This document shows positions 38,362 through 49,271 of a stretch of DNA of 64,000 bases, in pieces (the stretch's first letter is position 1; each line of letters starts with the position of its first letter). The notes under the pieces are model-generated. The model had not been told where the DNA came from, made no database searches, and was given only the letters and a program-made list of their open reading frames with translations. The stretch spans positions 28,458,001 through 28,522,000 of the forward strand of contig CM126204.1 of NCBI GenBank assembly GCA_052327205.1, given 5' to 3'. The position numbers were made by a program, and so were the translations under genes. Source of the DNA: Somniosus microcephalus (taxonomy: Eukaryota).

Positions 38362-38683
38362 CAGGAAACTTTTGATTTACCGGCACCTAAATAACCGGAA
38401 ATCTCGGTTAACCGGCAAAATTCAGGAGTAGGTTTTACTTCATATTGTACTTGCATTCCTCCATCTGTTGCTGTGCAAGGGTGTGGCTGCAGCTGTTGCT
38501 AAGCTACAGAGACACTTGCAACTTGTGGCCATTGTTCTGAACTTGTTGCTAAGCAACAGGGTTTGTTGCTTTATACGGAGCTGTCAGCTCTCCGTATCTT
38601 TTACTATAGCGTTCGGTTATCTGGAATTTTTGATGAACCGGCACATCGGTCCCGTCCGTGCCGGATTTAAAAAAAGTTTCCTG
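38362..38683. mobile_element. Tigger-like MITE, CAGGAAACT family
   Basis: TA|CAGGAAACTTTT...AAAAGTTTCCTG|TA. Confidence 0.88.
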
Positions 38684-38817
38684 TATTATGAATAAAATAG
38701 AAAAAGAGACAAGGGGCAGGGGGAAGAGAGAAAGTGGGTGGGGGGGGAGGCGGTCAGCTTGAGTAAAAGTGGTCTGGTATATTAGACAATATACATCAGA
38801 ATGGAAGGATAGAGTAC

Positions 38818-38979
38818 CTCATCATCATTGGCAGCCTGCAGACACTGAATTGAAGCCTGTGTCAGGGAAGAGATGTAGCTCCAGATGCAGGAGCCTCTTG
38901 TCCAGCCTACTGTTGAAAGTGTCTTCGCTATCTCACTCATCACAGCAAGGTAGAGGCTACATCGGTCGAGATCCAAAAC
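38818..38979 (-). CDS. TARBP1: TARBP1 coding exon (162 nt): VLDLDRCSLYLAVMSEIAKTLSTVGWTRGSCIWSYISSLTQASIQCLQAANDDE
   Basis: Polypyrimidine tract with tttgag|GTT acceptor and GAG|gtactc donor; matches human DLDRCHLYL..VGWKRG. Confidence 0.88.
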
Positions 38980-39269
38980 CTCAAATAAAGGGAAACAGAG
39001 TGGATTTAGAAAAATGAAATGAAAAAAATGGGCTTCAATGCTTACTTGTTCAATGACCAATAAGACACCCACTGCTTAGCACAGCGAAACAATAATCACA
39101 CCGAAGCTTTCTCTAATCCTTACTTTAAATTAAAAAATCTCTCTTCAGATAGGGTGCCCATTAATGGATTTTCTTGCTCATGATTCATAACAAAAGTGAC
39201 AGCAGCTCATTATACACGTGTTTAAAATACACTACAAAATTGCTAACAGAAGGAATTATCTCGCAGTAT

Positions 39270-39720
39270 GAAAGAAAAAAAAGACTTGCATTTATATAGC
39301 GCCTTCCACGACCTCAGGATGTTCCAAAGCGCTTCACAGCCAATGAAGTACTATTTTTTTTTTTTTTTTTTAAAAAGTGCAGTCACTGTTATAATGTAGG
39401 AAACGCGGCAGCCAATTTGCGCACAGCAAGCTCCCTCAAACGGCAATATAATAATGACCTGATCATCTGGTTTTTTTTTTTTTTTTTTAAGGTGGTGTTG
39501 GTTGAGGAATAAATATTGGCCAGGACTCCCCTGCTCTTCTTCGAAATAGTGCCATGGGATCTTTTACGTCCACCTGAGAGGGCAGACGGGGCCTCGGTTT
39601 AAGATCTCATCCGAAAGACTGCACCTCCGACAGTGCAGCACTCCCTCAGTACAGCACCAGAGTGTCAGCCTAGATTTTTGTGCTCAAGTCTCTGAAGTGG
39701 GACTTGAACCCACGATCTTC
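39270..39720 (-). mobile_element. Deu-SINE, near full length
   Basis: Well-preserved Deu block, B-box-like motif and tail. Confidence 0.9.
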
Positions 39721-40559
39721 TATCACAACTGCTCCCCCTCCCCAAGCACCAACATCAAGTCAACACACAAAGAAACATGCAAGAAACTGGACATTTAAAA
39801 CAACACATCTAGTTTGGGATTAAAAATTGGCATCTGACAAACTTTTTGGAAGCTCACTTTGAACCCCGGAGAACGACAGTATCAGGTTTTTTTTGCAACA
39901 AGTCAAAAAAAGTGTTTTAATAGAGCATCCGTTTTTCCAAAATATGTTCAAATGTCAAAATCTGGCAACAGATTATAAAGATTCAAGATAGTTTGTCAGT
40001 TTTAATTAGTTCTTTTAGATCAGATATTTTTGTAGCTTTAAAGTACGCACACTTCCTGTCACAAAATATTTATGAACATGATAAAAAATATTTTGAGACG
40101 CGGCAAAAAAAAAGTTTTATAAGTACAGACACTCAACATCAGTTCCGCAAGGATTCCAAATGCAGACTGTTACTCAGATCATTCCACTAGAGAACTGTAT
40201 TTAGCACAAATAAGCCCAGTGGAAATTATTTAGTTTCGTTTGCACTGGGGAAATTAACTTACACCCTGTTTATATCAAGTCCTGGTGCCTTGGTAATTAA
40301 ATCCACAATGTCCGATTACATGGAGCTTTCATTTACACTGCTGATTCTCAACAGAGCACTTCCCTAGGCATAATTAGTTTATCGTTATGAATTTAGCATT
40401 TTTCTTTAAACCAGTTAACATGCAGGGCACGATAGATTTGTAGGGACATTGGGGTAGATTTTTATATTCACTATCGAGAGGGGCAGATCAAATGCCCTTT
40501 ATAGAACTTGCCTGATTTTCATTGTGTTGAAAGTCTATTCTAATGAATCTATTTAGAGT

Positions 40560-41790
40560 TCAGAGGAAGAGGAGTAGGCCACGTAGCCCCTTGAGGCATT
40601 CAATCAGAACGTGGCTGATCTTGAAAATTTTAATTGATCCAGCATCCATAGCTTTTTGGGAGCGAGGGTTCCAGATTTCCACTACCCATTGTGTGGAAAA
40701 AATGCTTCATGATTTTACTCTTAAATGGCCTAGCTTTAATTTTAAGCTTATGCCCCCCTTGTTCTTGATTCCCACACCAGAGGAATTGGTTTCTCTGCAT
40801 CTACCCTATCAATTCCCTTTATCAACATCTAGATGAGTTACCCCTCAACCTTCTAACTCAAGGGAATACAAACCGAGGGGGGAATTTTCCCAGCCCTGAG
40901 GTGGCGAGTTTGGAGGCGGGACTGGAGGGCAAATGGCAGAAACTGGGAGCGGGTACCAACCTCGCTCCCAACCCGCCTCCGTGCCACCTTCCCGGGAGGT
41001 GGGTCCCCAAGTTGCGCAGGGATCCGTCGCCTCGAGGTGGGAAGGGGATTAGAGCCAGTTAACTGCCTGTTAACAGGTAGTTAACAGGCAGTTTTGAGGC
41101 TTTTCCCCATTTTACGCCTGCAATTGCGGGCTTCCCGACGGCTCGAACCGCGCCAGGGCCGGCAAGGCGAGCAGTGGGTCTGCGGGGGTGAGAAGGGTCG
41201 ATATGTCAGCTGTGGAGGTGAGTGATGGGTGCAAGTGTGTACAGGTAAGTATGAGAGGTGAGTGTCAAGTGTTGGAAAAAGTTTCCTTACCTTTGCTTCT
41301 TTCTGCAGGCTTCAACCGTTGAGGATCCTGAGTCATCGCAACGGCAGAGATGACAGAATGGCTGCTGCATTCTCAGATGCAGCAGCCATCTGCTTTCTGC
41401 TGAGGAGAGAGGTCTTGGTGAGCCTTTGTGCAAGGGCTCACCTTAGAACAGAGGTCATCAGTGTTTGACAGCTTCTCAAAGCTGTCAATTCATCTGTCAA
41501 AACAATTGACAGATGAAGCGTCATACGCTGACGTCATCTGTCACCGGCTTTCCCTTCATTGGCCGATAAGAAGGCCAATCAGGGGAAAATAGCGTGGGTT
41601 CATCAGACATTGCTGGGGGCGGGACTAGAACCCGGAAGGCAGCAGTCCCGCCCCCAACTCATCTCGACTGGCAAAATCCAGCCCCACGTTTATGCAACCC
41701 GTCCTCATAATTTAACCCTTAAAGCCCTGGTATCATTTGGGTGAATCTGCACCGTACCCCTCCCATCCTTCCCGAGGTTAACTGCCCAAA
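40560..41790 (-). mobile_element. Old CR1 3' fragment interrupted by a GC-rich MITE
   Basis: CR1 antisense text agggaatacaaaccg.. resumes as tttatgcaacc..tcctcata after 41688. Confidence 0.7.
40876..41685. mobile_element. GC-rich TIR element (Harbinger-like), related to 50877-51731
   Basis: Termini GGGGGGAATTTT / AAAATCCAGCCCC and shared internal palindromes; TSD imperfect. Confidence 0.7.
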
Positions 41791-41802
41791 ATCGAATGCA
41801 GC

Positions 41803-42237
41803 ATCAGCTGCGGCTCAATTGGTAGCACTCTCAGCTTGCTGTGGGTTCAAGTCCCACTCCAGCGACTTGAGCACAAAATTTAGGCGGACACTGCAGTGCA
41901 GCAAAGAGGGAGCGCTGCACTGTTGGAGGTGCCCTCTTCCAGATGAGACGTAAAACTGAGGTTGACCTCAGGTGGACGCAACAGATCCCACAGCACTATT
42001 TCGAAGAGGCGCCGGGGAGTTTTCCTTGGTGTCCTGGCCAATATTTATCCCTCGACTAACACCTAAAACAAGATTATCTGGTTATTATCTCATTGCTATT
42101 TGTGGGAGCTTGCTGTTTGAAAATTCTCTGCCGAGTTTCCTACATTACAACAATGATTACACTTCAAAAGTACTTCATTGGCTGTAAAGTGCTTTGGGAC
42201 ATCCTGAAAGGTGCTATATAAATGCAAGTTTTTCCTT
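41803..42237 (+). mobile_element. Deu-SINE
   Basis: Head ggctcaattggtagcactct..gggttcaagtccc, Deu block, tail gctatataaatgcaag. Confidence 0.88.
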
Positions 42238-42792
42238 CCGTCATTACAAGCTTGAGGCATCAGTCATGCTTCAGACAGCAAATTTCAAAGTGTTAAAAAT
42301 ATATATTAAAAAAGAGAAAGGCGGCATATACTTCTGGCTGTTTTTCTAACCTGGAGTTGAATTTTGACAAGCATCTTACAATTTACAAATTTTCCCCAGC
42401 CAACAACAATTAAGCAGTGACTAACCTTAGACTGTGTTTACATATAGCAATATACAACTTCGTCTTAAAGCAAAAGGGCAGTTTAAACACAGATCCACCT
42501 CAGCACCGAAATAATATTGTGTATTACATGGCATAACCCTGCTGTCATTATAAAACAGTACATCGTGCGACTTACTGACAGCTACATCATAGAAGATCAC
42601 TCGCATCAATGAAAATCCAATTTAATGCCATATATTTAAACTATCAATTTGTTATTAGATTCTATTTGCATAATACTATATACCAGTTGTCGCTATAGTA
42701 GAAATGTTATTTACACATCAGTATAAACAGAAAGTTACAGGAACATACTCAGCATTGAGCAGAATTTATGAAGCTGAATTTGTCATACTTAC

Positions 42793-42887
42793 AGTTTGTA
42801 ATTCACTTGTCAACCTCCTGAGTGTGTACTCCAAGACTTGCTCCACTGAAGACATGACACATTCTCGTAGTGCATTCAGTACCCTAT
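42793..42887 (-). CDS. TARBP1: TARBP1 coding exon (95 nt): (D)RVLNALRECVMSSVEQVLEYTLRRLTSELQT
   Basis: Acceptor ttgcctatag|AT and donor ACT|gtaagt. The phase-0 end joins the next exon; resembles human ...SEFILRRLTMNELNS. Confidence 0.85.
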
Positions 42888-43466
42888 CTATAGGCAAAGA
42901 TAACAGATGATTTACACAAATTAATCCACTTGATGCAAGTTGGATTCCATTGTAATTCTCTACTGGCCTCGTAGCAACAAAATAAATAATTTCTTCATTT
43001 GAAAAAAATTCAGCTTGATAATTGGGAATATGTTCACTAAATTGCTAAGCATGCCATATCCTGATAAGCAAGTGATCAGTGTCAAACTCATTTTGCAGAA
43101 TGCTAGACAGCAACCAATTAATGTCAGACCCAGAAAGGCACTTCCAGAGGCAGATCTTCAAGTCATTAACCCACGCACTTTGCAGCTTCTAAAACAGAGG
43201 CTCTCACTGCATTGCAGAAATTTAATTTAGAGGGTTATTATGAGATGGAGGAAGGAACAGAGGAGTTAATTTTAAATGGGATGCAACCATGCCCTTATAG
43301 TAGGCCCAGATTACAAATCAGGATGAAAACCGAATTCCCAGAAAGCAGGTATGAAATTCAGGAATCTAACACAAAGCCATGTAAAAATAAACCCACTATG
43401 TACTGCAAAGAATAAATGGATATCATGCAAACAAACACAGAGATTAACATATTTTAAATGAATATA

Positions 43467-43801
43467 CAGGAAACTTTGGTTTATCCGGAGGTTAACTGTC
43501 CGGAATGCTCGAGCCACCGGCAAAAATCAGGAGCCGTTTCGTTAGTTTTTTTTTCTTTTCGTTGCTTTTTTTCCCCACCAGTCAGGCTCTGCAAGGTCTC
43601 GCTGAAGCTGTTGCTAAGCTACAGAGACGCTTGCAAGGTACGGCCGACTGTTTAGAAGCTGTTGCTAAGCAACAGGGTTTGTTGCCAGATACGGAGCTCA
43701 AAATCTCCGTATGTTTCAACATTAGCGCTGGTTTGTCCGGCAGTTTTGATGGGACGGCAACAGCTCGGTCCTGTCGGTGCCGGATAGCACAAAGTTTCCT
43801 G
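43467..43801. mobile_element. Tigger-like MITE, CAGGAAACT family
   Basis: TA|CAGGAAACTTTG...CAAAGTTTCCTG|TA; close to 25867-26204. Confidence 0.88.
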
Positions 43802-44428
43802 TACCTCCAACATTTTATGTAGGGATGGTATCGCATTGCAATGAATTTAAGTCCCAGCTTGCTGAGTTAGAGGATGGTGGGACGCAGGTTCACGTCTGCA
43901 TACCCTCACATGACAAGTTATCAATTTCAGCCGTGACATTGGGAAGAGATGGCGCATTGAGGCCAGATACTTTCCCAAAGGCAGTGAGGGAGAAGCTTTC
44001 CCCATAGCGACGGGAGGAAGGGAAGAAGGGGTAAGGTAAATTTGCATTTACAAAAGCCTCATCACATTCTCAAAAACATCCCACAGTGCGTTAAATGCAA
44101 TTAACTACTTGGAAATAGCCGATATGTAAATTAACACAGCAGCCATTTGTGCACAGCGAGGTCCCACAAAGAGCAATCAGCTGAATGACCACTTGATCTA
44201 TTTTTTGTGGTGTTCGTTAAGAAAAGGACACCAGGAGAACCCTCTGCAAAATGGTTTAATGACTAGCATTTTACATTTAGATTAGATTCTTGCAAATCAA
44301 AGAAATGTGGGAACAACTCTGCCCCAACTAAAACCAACTCTTGTAATTTACCTCATATGAAGACTAGTTGTGATGAATTTTGTGTTTTTTTTTTAAAAAG
44401 CAGATAATTGCCATTCACATGTTCCTCT

Positions 44429-44807
44429 ACAAGAGGCCCCAGAGGCTCAGGTAGGCCCCAGTGCGGCATCGGCAGCGGGTGGAGGCGGAGCTGAGCGGCA
44501 GAGCGACAAGAGGCCCCAGAGGCTCAGGTAGGCCCCAGTGCGGCATCGGCAGCGGGTGGAGGCGGAGCTGAGCGGCAGAGCGACTACAAGAGGCCCCAGA
44601 GGCTCAGGTAGGCCCCAGTGCAGCATCGGCAGCGGGTGGAGGCGGAGCTGAGCGGCAGAGCGACTACAAGAGGCCCCAGAGGCTCAGGTAGGCCCCAGTG
44701 CGGCATCGGCAGCGGGTGGAGGCGGAGCTGAGCGGCAGAGCGACTACAAGAGGCCCCAGAGGCTCAGGTAGGCCCCAGTGCGGCATCGGCAGCGGGTGGA
44801 GGCGGAG
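44429..44807 (+). repeat. Tandem array of about 4.8 x 80-bp GC-rich monomers at the CR1 5' end
   Basis: Units begin acaagaggccccagaggctcaggtagg at 44429, 44506, 44586, 44666 and 44746 and are nearly identical. Confidence 0.95.
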
Positions 44808-45382
44808 TCGGGACCAGCGGGAGCAGCGAGGAGGAGCTCGGGAGAAAACCCGGCGACCAGCGAGGCCCGAGACCAGTCGGGAGCAGTGAGTCGGAGCCCG
44901 GTATAAAAACCAGAGAGAGGCGAGGCCCGAGACCACAGCTGGGGCAGTCGGGAGAGCAGGAGGCCAGTAACTGCTGGGGCAGTCGGGAGAGCAGGAGGCC
45001 AGTAACTGGTGAGTTTAAAAGCTCACCTTTCGCGGGCTTTTTCTTTCACAGCTGGTGCAGTCGGGAGAGCAGGAGGCCAGTAACTCTTATATAGGTGGAG
45101 CTGTTGCTAAACCCGAAACACTACAGTGTAGTGTCTCCCACCCTTCCACCTCCTCTAACCTTTTAGGGGTTAGGGGAAGTTGAAAAGGTAGGTTCAATTT
45201 ATTTTATTTCAGGAGCCTAACCTAGGTGGAAAAGGTTCCAGGACAGGAGGCGGCAGTGAAAATACAACACCAGAAAACAGGTAGGTGACTGGTTGGTGAG
45301 TACTTTCACAAACTTATTCTAAGTAGAATTCAATAATTAAGCTAAATCGTAGTAAATAAAAGGGTATTGTAAGGGTTAAGTC

Positions 45383-46321
45383 ATGGAAGGGCAGCTCGGA
45401 CCCGTGTCATGCTTCTCCTGTGCCATGTGGGAAATCAGGGACACTGTCCCTGACAACTATGTGTGCAGGAAGTGTGTCCAGCTGCAGCTCCTAGCGGACC
45501 GCATGGCGGCGCTGGAGCTGCGAATGGACTCACTCTGGAGCATACGCGATGCTGAGGATGTTGTGGATAGCACATTCAGTGAGTTGGTCACACCGCAGGT
45601 AAAGGCTAGCTCAGACAGTAAATGGGTGACCAAAAGGCAGGGTAAAGGCAGGAAGGTAGTGCAGGAGTCACCTGCGGTCATCTCCCTCCAAAATAGGTTT
45701 ACCGTTTTGGGTACTGTTGGGGGAGATGACTTATCAGGGGAAGGCACCAGCAGCCAGGTTCAGGGCACCATGACTGGCTCTGCTGCACAGAAGGGCGGGA
45801 AAAAGAGGGATAGGGCTATAGTGATAGGGGATTCAATTGTAAGGGGGATAGATAGGAGTTTCTGTGGCCGAGACCGAGACTCCAAGATGGTATGTTGCCT
45901 CCCTGGTGCAAGGGTCAAGGATGTCTCGGAGCGGGTGCAGAGCATTCTGAAGGGGGAGGGGGATCAGCCAGTTGTCGTGGTACATGTAGGTACCAACGAT
46001 GTAGGTAAAAAGAGGGAGGAGGTCCTACAAGCTGAATTTAGGGAGTTAGGAGCTAAATTGAAAAGTAGGACCTCAAAGGTAGTAATCTCTGGATTGCTAC
46101 CAGTGCCACGAGCTAATAAGTTTAGAGAGAGTAAGATAGATAAGCTAAATACGTGGCTTGAGCAGTGGTGCAAGGGAGAGGGATTTAAATTCTTGAGGCA
46201 TTGGAACCAGTTCTTGGGGAGGAGTGACCTGTACCAAGGGGACGGTCTACACCTGAACTGTGAGGGAGCCGATGTCCTCGGGGTAATATTTTCTAGGGCG
46301 GTTCGGGAGGATTTAAACTAA
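45383..46321 (+). CDS. CR1 ORF1p: C4 zinc finger, coiled coil and SGNH esterase domain
   Basis: CFSC..CRKC and a leucine-rich helix, then IVIGDSIVRG (block I), HVGTND (block III) and DGLH (block V); uninterrupted 312 aa. Confidence 0.92.
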   Translation: MEGQLGPVSCFSCAMWEIRDTVPDNYVCRKCVQLQLLADRMAALELRMDSLWSIRDAEDVVDSTFSELVTPQVKASSDSKWVTKRQGKGRKVVQESPAVISLQNRFTVLGTVGGDDLSGEGTSSQVQGTMTGSAAQKGGKKRDRAIVIGDSIVRGIDRSFCGRDRDSKMVCCLPGARVKDVSERVQSILKGEGDQPVVVVHVGTNDVGKKREEVLQAEFRELGAKLKSRTSKVVISGLLPVPRANKFRESKIDKLNTWLEQWCKGEGFKFLRHWNQFLGRSDLYQGDGLHLNCEGADVLGVIFSRAVREDLN

Positions 46322-46368
46322 TTTGGCAGGGGGATGGGAACCTAGGTAGTGGAAAAGAGGGAAGTCAT

Positions 46369-49271
46369 ATGAAGTTAGAAATAGATGGTAGAAAGGTGAG
46401 AAGCAATAAGCAAAGGAGAGAAACACAAAGGGCCAAACTAATTCATAATGAGAGTGTGAAAAAAGCAAGCCTGAAGGCTTTGTATCTTAATGCTAGAAGC
46501 ATTAGGAACAAGGTGGATGAATTAGTTGTGGAAATAGAGGTAAACAAGTATGATTTGATTGGGATTACAGAAACGTGGCTGCAGGGTGGGCAAGGCTGGG
46601 AACTTAACATCCAGGGATATACAATATTTAGGAAGGATCGGCAAAAAGGTAGGGGAGGTGGGGTAGCATTGCTGGTAAAGGAGGGGATTAATGCAATGGA
46701 AAGGAAGGATATTAACTCGGATGAAACGGAATCTGTATGGGTAGAAATGAGAAATAGCAAGGGGAGGAAAACGTTAGTGGGTGTGATATATAGGCCTCCA
46801 AATAGTAATATGGAGGTGAGGGAAGGCATAAAAAGGGAAATTAGAGAAGCGTGCGATAAGAGCACAGCTGTCATCATGGGTGACTTTAATTTACATATTG
46901 ATTGGACTACCCAAATTAGTAAAAATTCTGAGGAGGAGGAATTCCTGGAATGTTTTCGGGACGGTTATCTGGACCAATATGTCGAGGAGCCGACTCGAGA
47001 TCAGGCCGTTTTAGACTGGGTATTGTGCAATGAGAAGGGACTTATCAGCAATCTTCTTGTACGAGGCCCCTTGGGTCAGAGCGATCATAATATGATCGAG
47101 CTCTCAGTCGAGATGGAGAGTGAGGAAATTGAATCAGAGACTAAGGTCCAGAACTTAAATAAAGGGAATTACGAGGGTATGAGACGGGAATTGGGTAAGA
47201 TTGATTGGGTGGTGTTTCTGGGGGGATTGACAGTGGATAGACAATGGCAAGCATTCAAAGATAGAATGGAAGAATTCCAGAACATGTTTATACCGGTTTG
47301 GCATAAAAATAAACCTAAAAAGGTGACTCAACCGTGGATAACGAGGGAAATTAGGGACAGCATAAAATCAAAAAAAAGGGCATATCAACTGGCAAAAAAA
47401 AGCACCAGACCGGAAGATTGGGGGCAGTACAGGATACAGCAAAAGAGGACAAAGGGATTAATCAGGAAGGGGAAAATAGAATACGAAAGTAAACTTGCAG
47501 CAAACATAAAGACAGACTGCAAAAGCTTTTATCGGTATATCAGGAGGAAAAGACTGGTAAAATCCCAAGTCGGTCCCTTGCAGTCCGATTCGGGAGAATA
47601 TATAATGGAGAATAAGGAAATGGCAGACCAATTAAACTCATACTTTGGTTCTGTATTCACAAAGGAGGACACAAATAACCTCCCAGGAATATCGACAAAC
47701 ATAGGGACTAATGAGAGGGAGGAGCTGACAGAAATTAGTATCTCTAGGGATATGGTGTTGGGTAAGTTGAGGGGACTGAAGGCCGACAAATCCCCGGGGC
47801 CTGATAAACTACATCCTAGGGTACTTAAGGAGGTGGCCCTGGAGATAGCAGATGCTCTAAGGATCATCTTCCGGAACTCCATTGACTCGGGAACAGTACC
47901 CGTGGATTGGAGGGTAGCTAATGTTACCCCAATATTTAAAAAGGGGGGTAGAGAGAAAGCAGGGAATTATAGACCAGTAAGCCTTACATCGGTTGTGGGC
48001 AAAATGCTAGAGTCCATTATTAAGGATAAAATAGCGGAGCACTTGACAAATGGGGAAAGGATCGGACAGAGTCAACATGGATTTACAAAGGGTAAATCGT
48101 GTTTGACTAATCTGCTGGAATTTTTTGAGGAAGTAACTGGTAAAATAGATGGGGGAGAGCCAGTGGATGTGGTGTACCTTGACTTCCAGAAAGCCTTCGA
48201 TAAGGTTCCACACAAAAGATTATCATGCAAAATTAAGGCTCATGGGATTGGGGGCAAAGTATTAACGTGGATAGAGAACTGGCTGGCGGATAGAAAACAG
48301 AGAGTTCGAATAAACGGCTCGTTTTCGGAGTGGCAGGCAGTGACCAGCGGGGTGCCGCAAGGATCTGTCCTGGGACCCCAGCTGTTCACAATATATATAT
48401 AAATGATCTGGATCAGGGAATTGGATGCAATATTTCCAAATTCGCTGACGACACTAAACTAGGAGGAGGGGTGGGCTCTGATGAGGATGTCAGGAGGCTA
48501 CAGTGCGATTTGGACAGGTTGGGGGAATGGGCGGATACGTGGCAGATGCACTATAATGTGGATAAATGCGAGGTTATCCACTTTGGGGGTAAAAACAGGA
48601 GGGTGGATTATTATCTAAATGGCAATAGATTGGGAGATGGGGAAGTGCAGAGGGACCTGGGTGTTCTTGTGCACCAGTCACTGAAGGAGAGCATGCAGGT
48701 GCAACAGGCGATTAAGAAGGCAAATGGTATGTTGGCCTTCATATCAAGGGGGTTCGAGTATAGGAATAGGGATACCTTACTACAGCTGTACAAGGTGCTG
48801 GTGAGACCGCATCTGGAGTATTGTGTACAGTTTTGGTCGCCCCATCTGCGGAAGGATGTTCTTGCCATGGAAAGAGTGCAGCGGCGATTCACCAGGCTGA
48901 TACCTGGAATGACCTACGAGGAGAGATTGAATAGTTTGGGCTTGTACTCACTGGAGTTTAGAAGATTGAGAGGGGATCTCATCGAAACATATAAAATTAT
49001 GGCAGGCCTGGACAGGCTGAATTCAGAGAGAATGTTTCCAATGGCAGGGGAGCACAGAACCAGGGGCCACAGTCTAAAAATAGCGGGCAAATCATTTAAA
49101 ACAGAGATGAGGAAGAATTTCTTCACTCAAAGAGTGGTGAGCCTGTGGAATTCCCTGCCACAGAGGGCTGTGAAGGCTAATTCAATAAATATTTTCAAGA
49201 GAGAATTGGATATATTTCTGAAGGCTAAGGGGATTAAGGGTTACGGAGAAAAGGCGGGGACGGGGTACTGA
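46369..49271 (+). CDS. CR1 ORF2p (AP endonuclease plus reverse transcriptase), one frameshift near 48395
   Basis: APE motifs YLNARS, GITETW, YRPP, MGDFN, SDH; RT motifs [24 protein letters not shown]. Split into ORFs 46369-48402 and 48330-49271 at an (AT)n run. Confidence 0.93.

Larger units (their letters stand above)
3186..42887 (-). other. TARBP1: Partial gene span (10 internal coding exons) of TARBP1, probable tRNA guanosine-18 2'-O-methyltransferase (Trm3 homolog)
   Basis: Ten GT-AG exons splice in frame (1550 nt). The peptides match human TARBP1 as recalled, in the right order, e.g. [24 protein letters not shown] vs [24 protein letters not shown] and NQASVKHLIEWFIILIL vs NQASIKYFIEWIIILIL. 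Confidence 0.93.

Noticed and set aside
44429-44807. CRISPR-like regular array
   Set aside because: Units are contiguous and nearly identical, with no unique spacers and no cas genes; the context is a vertebrate intron.
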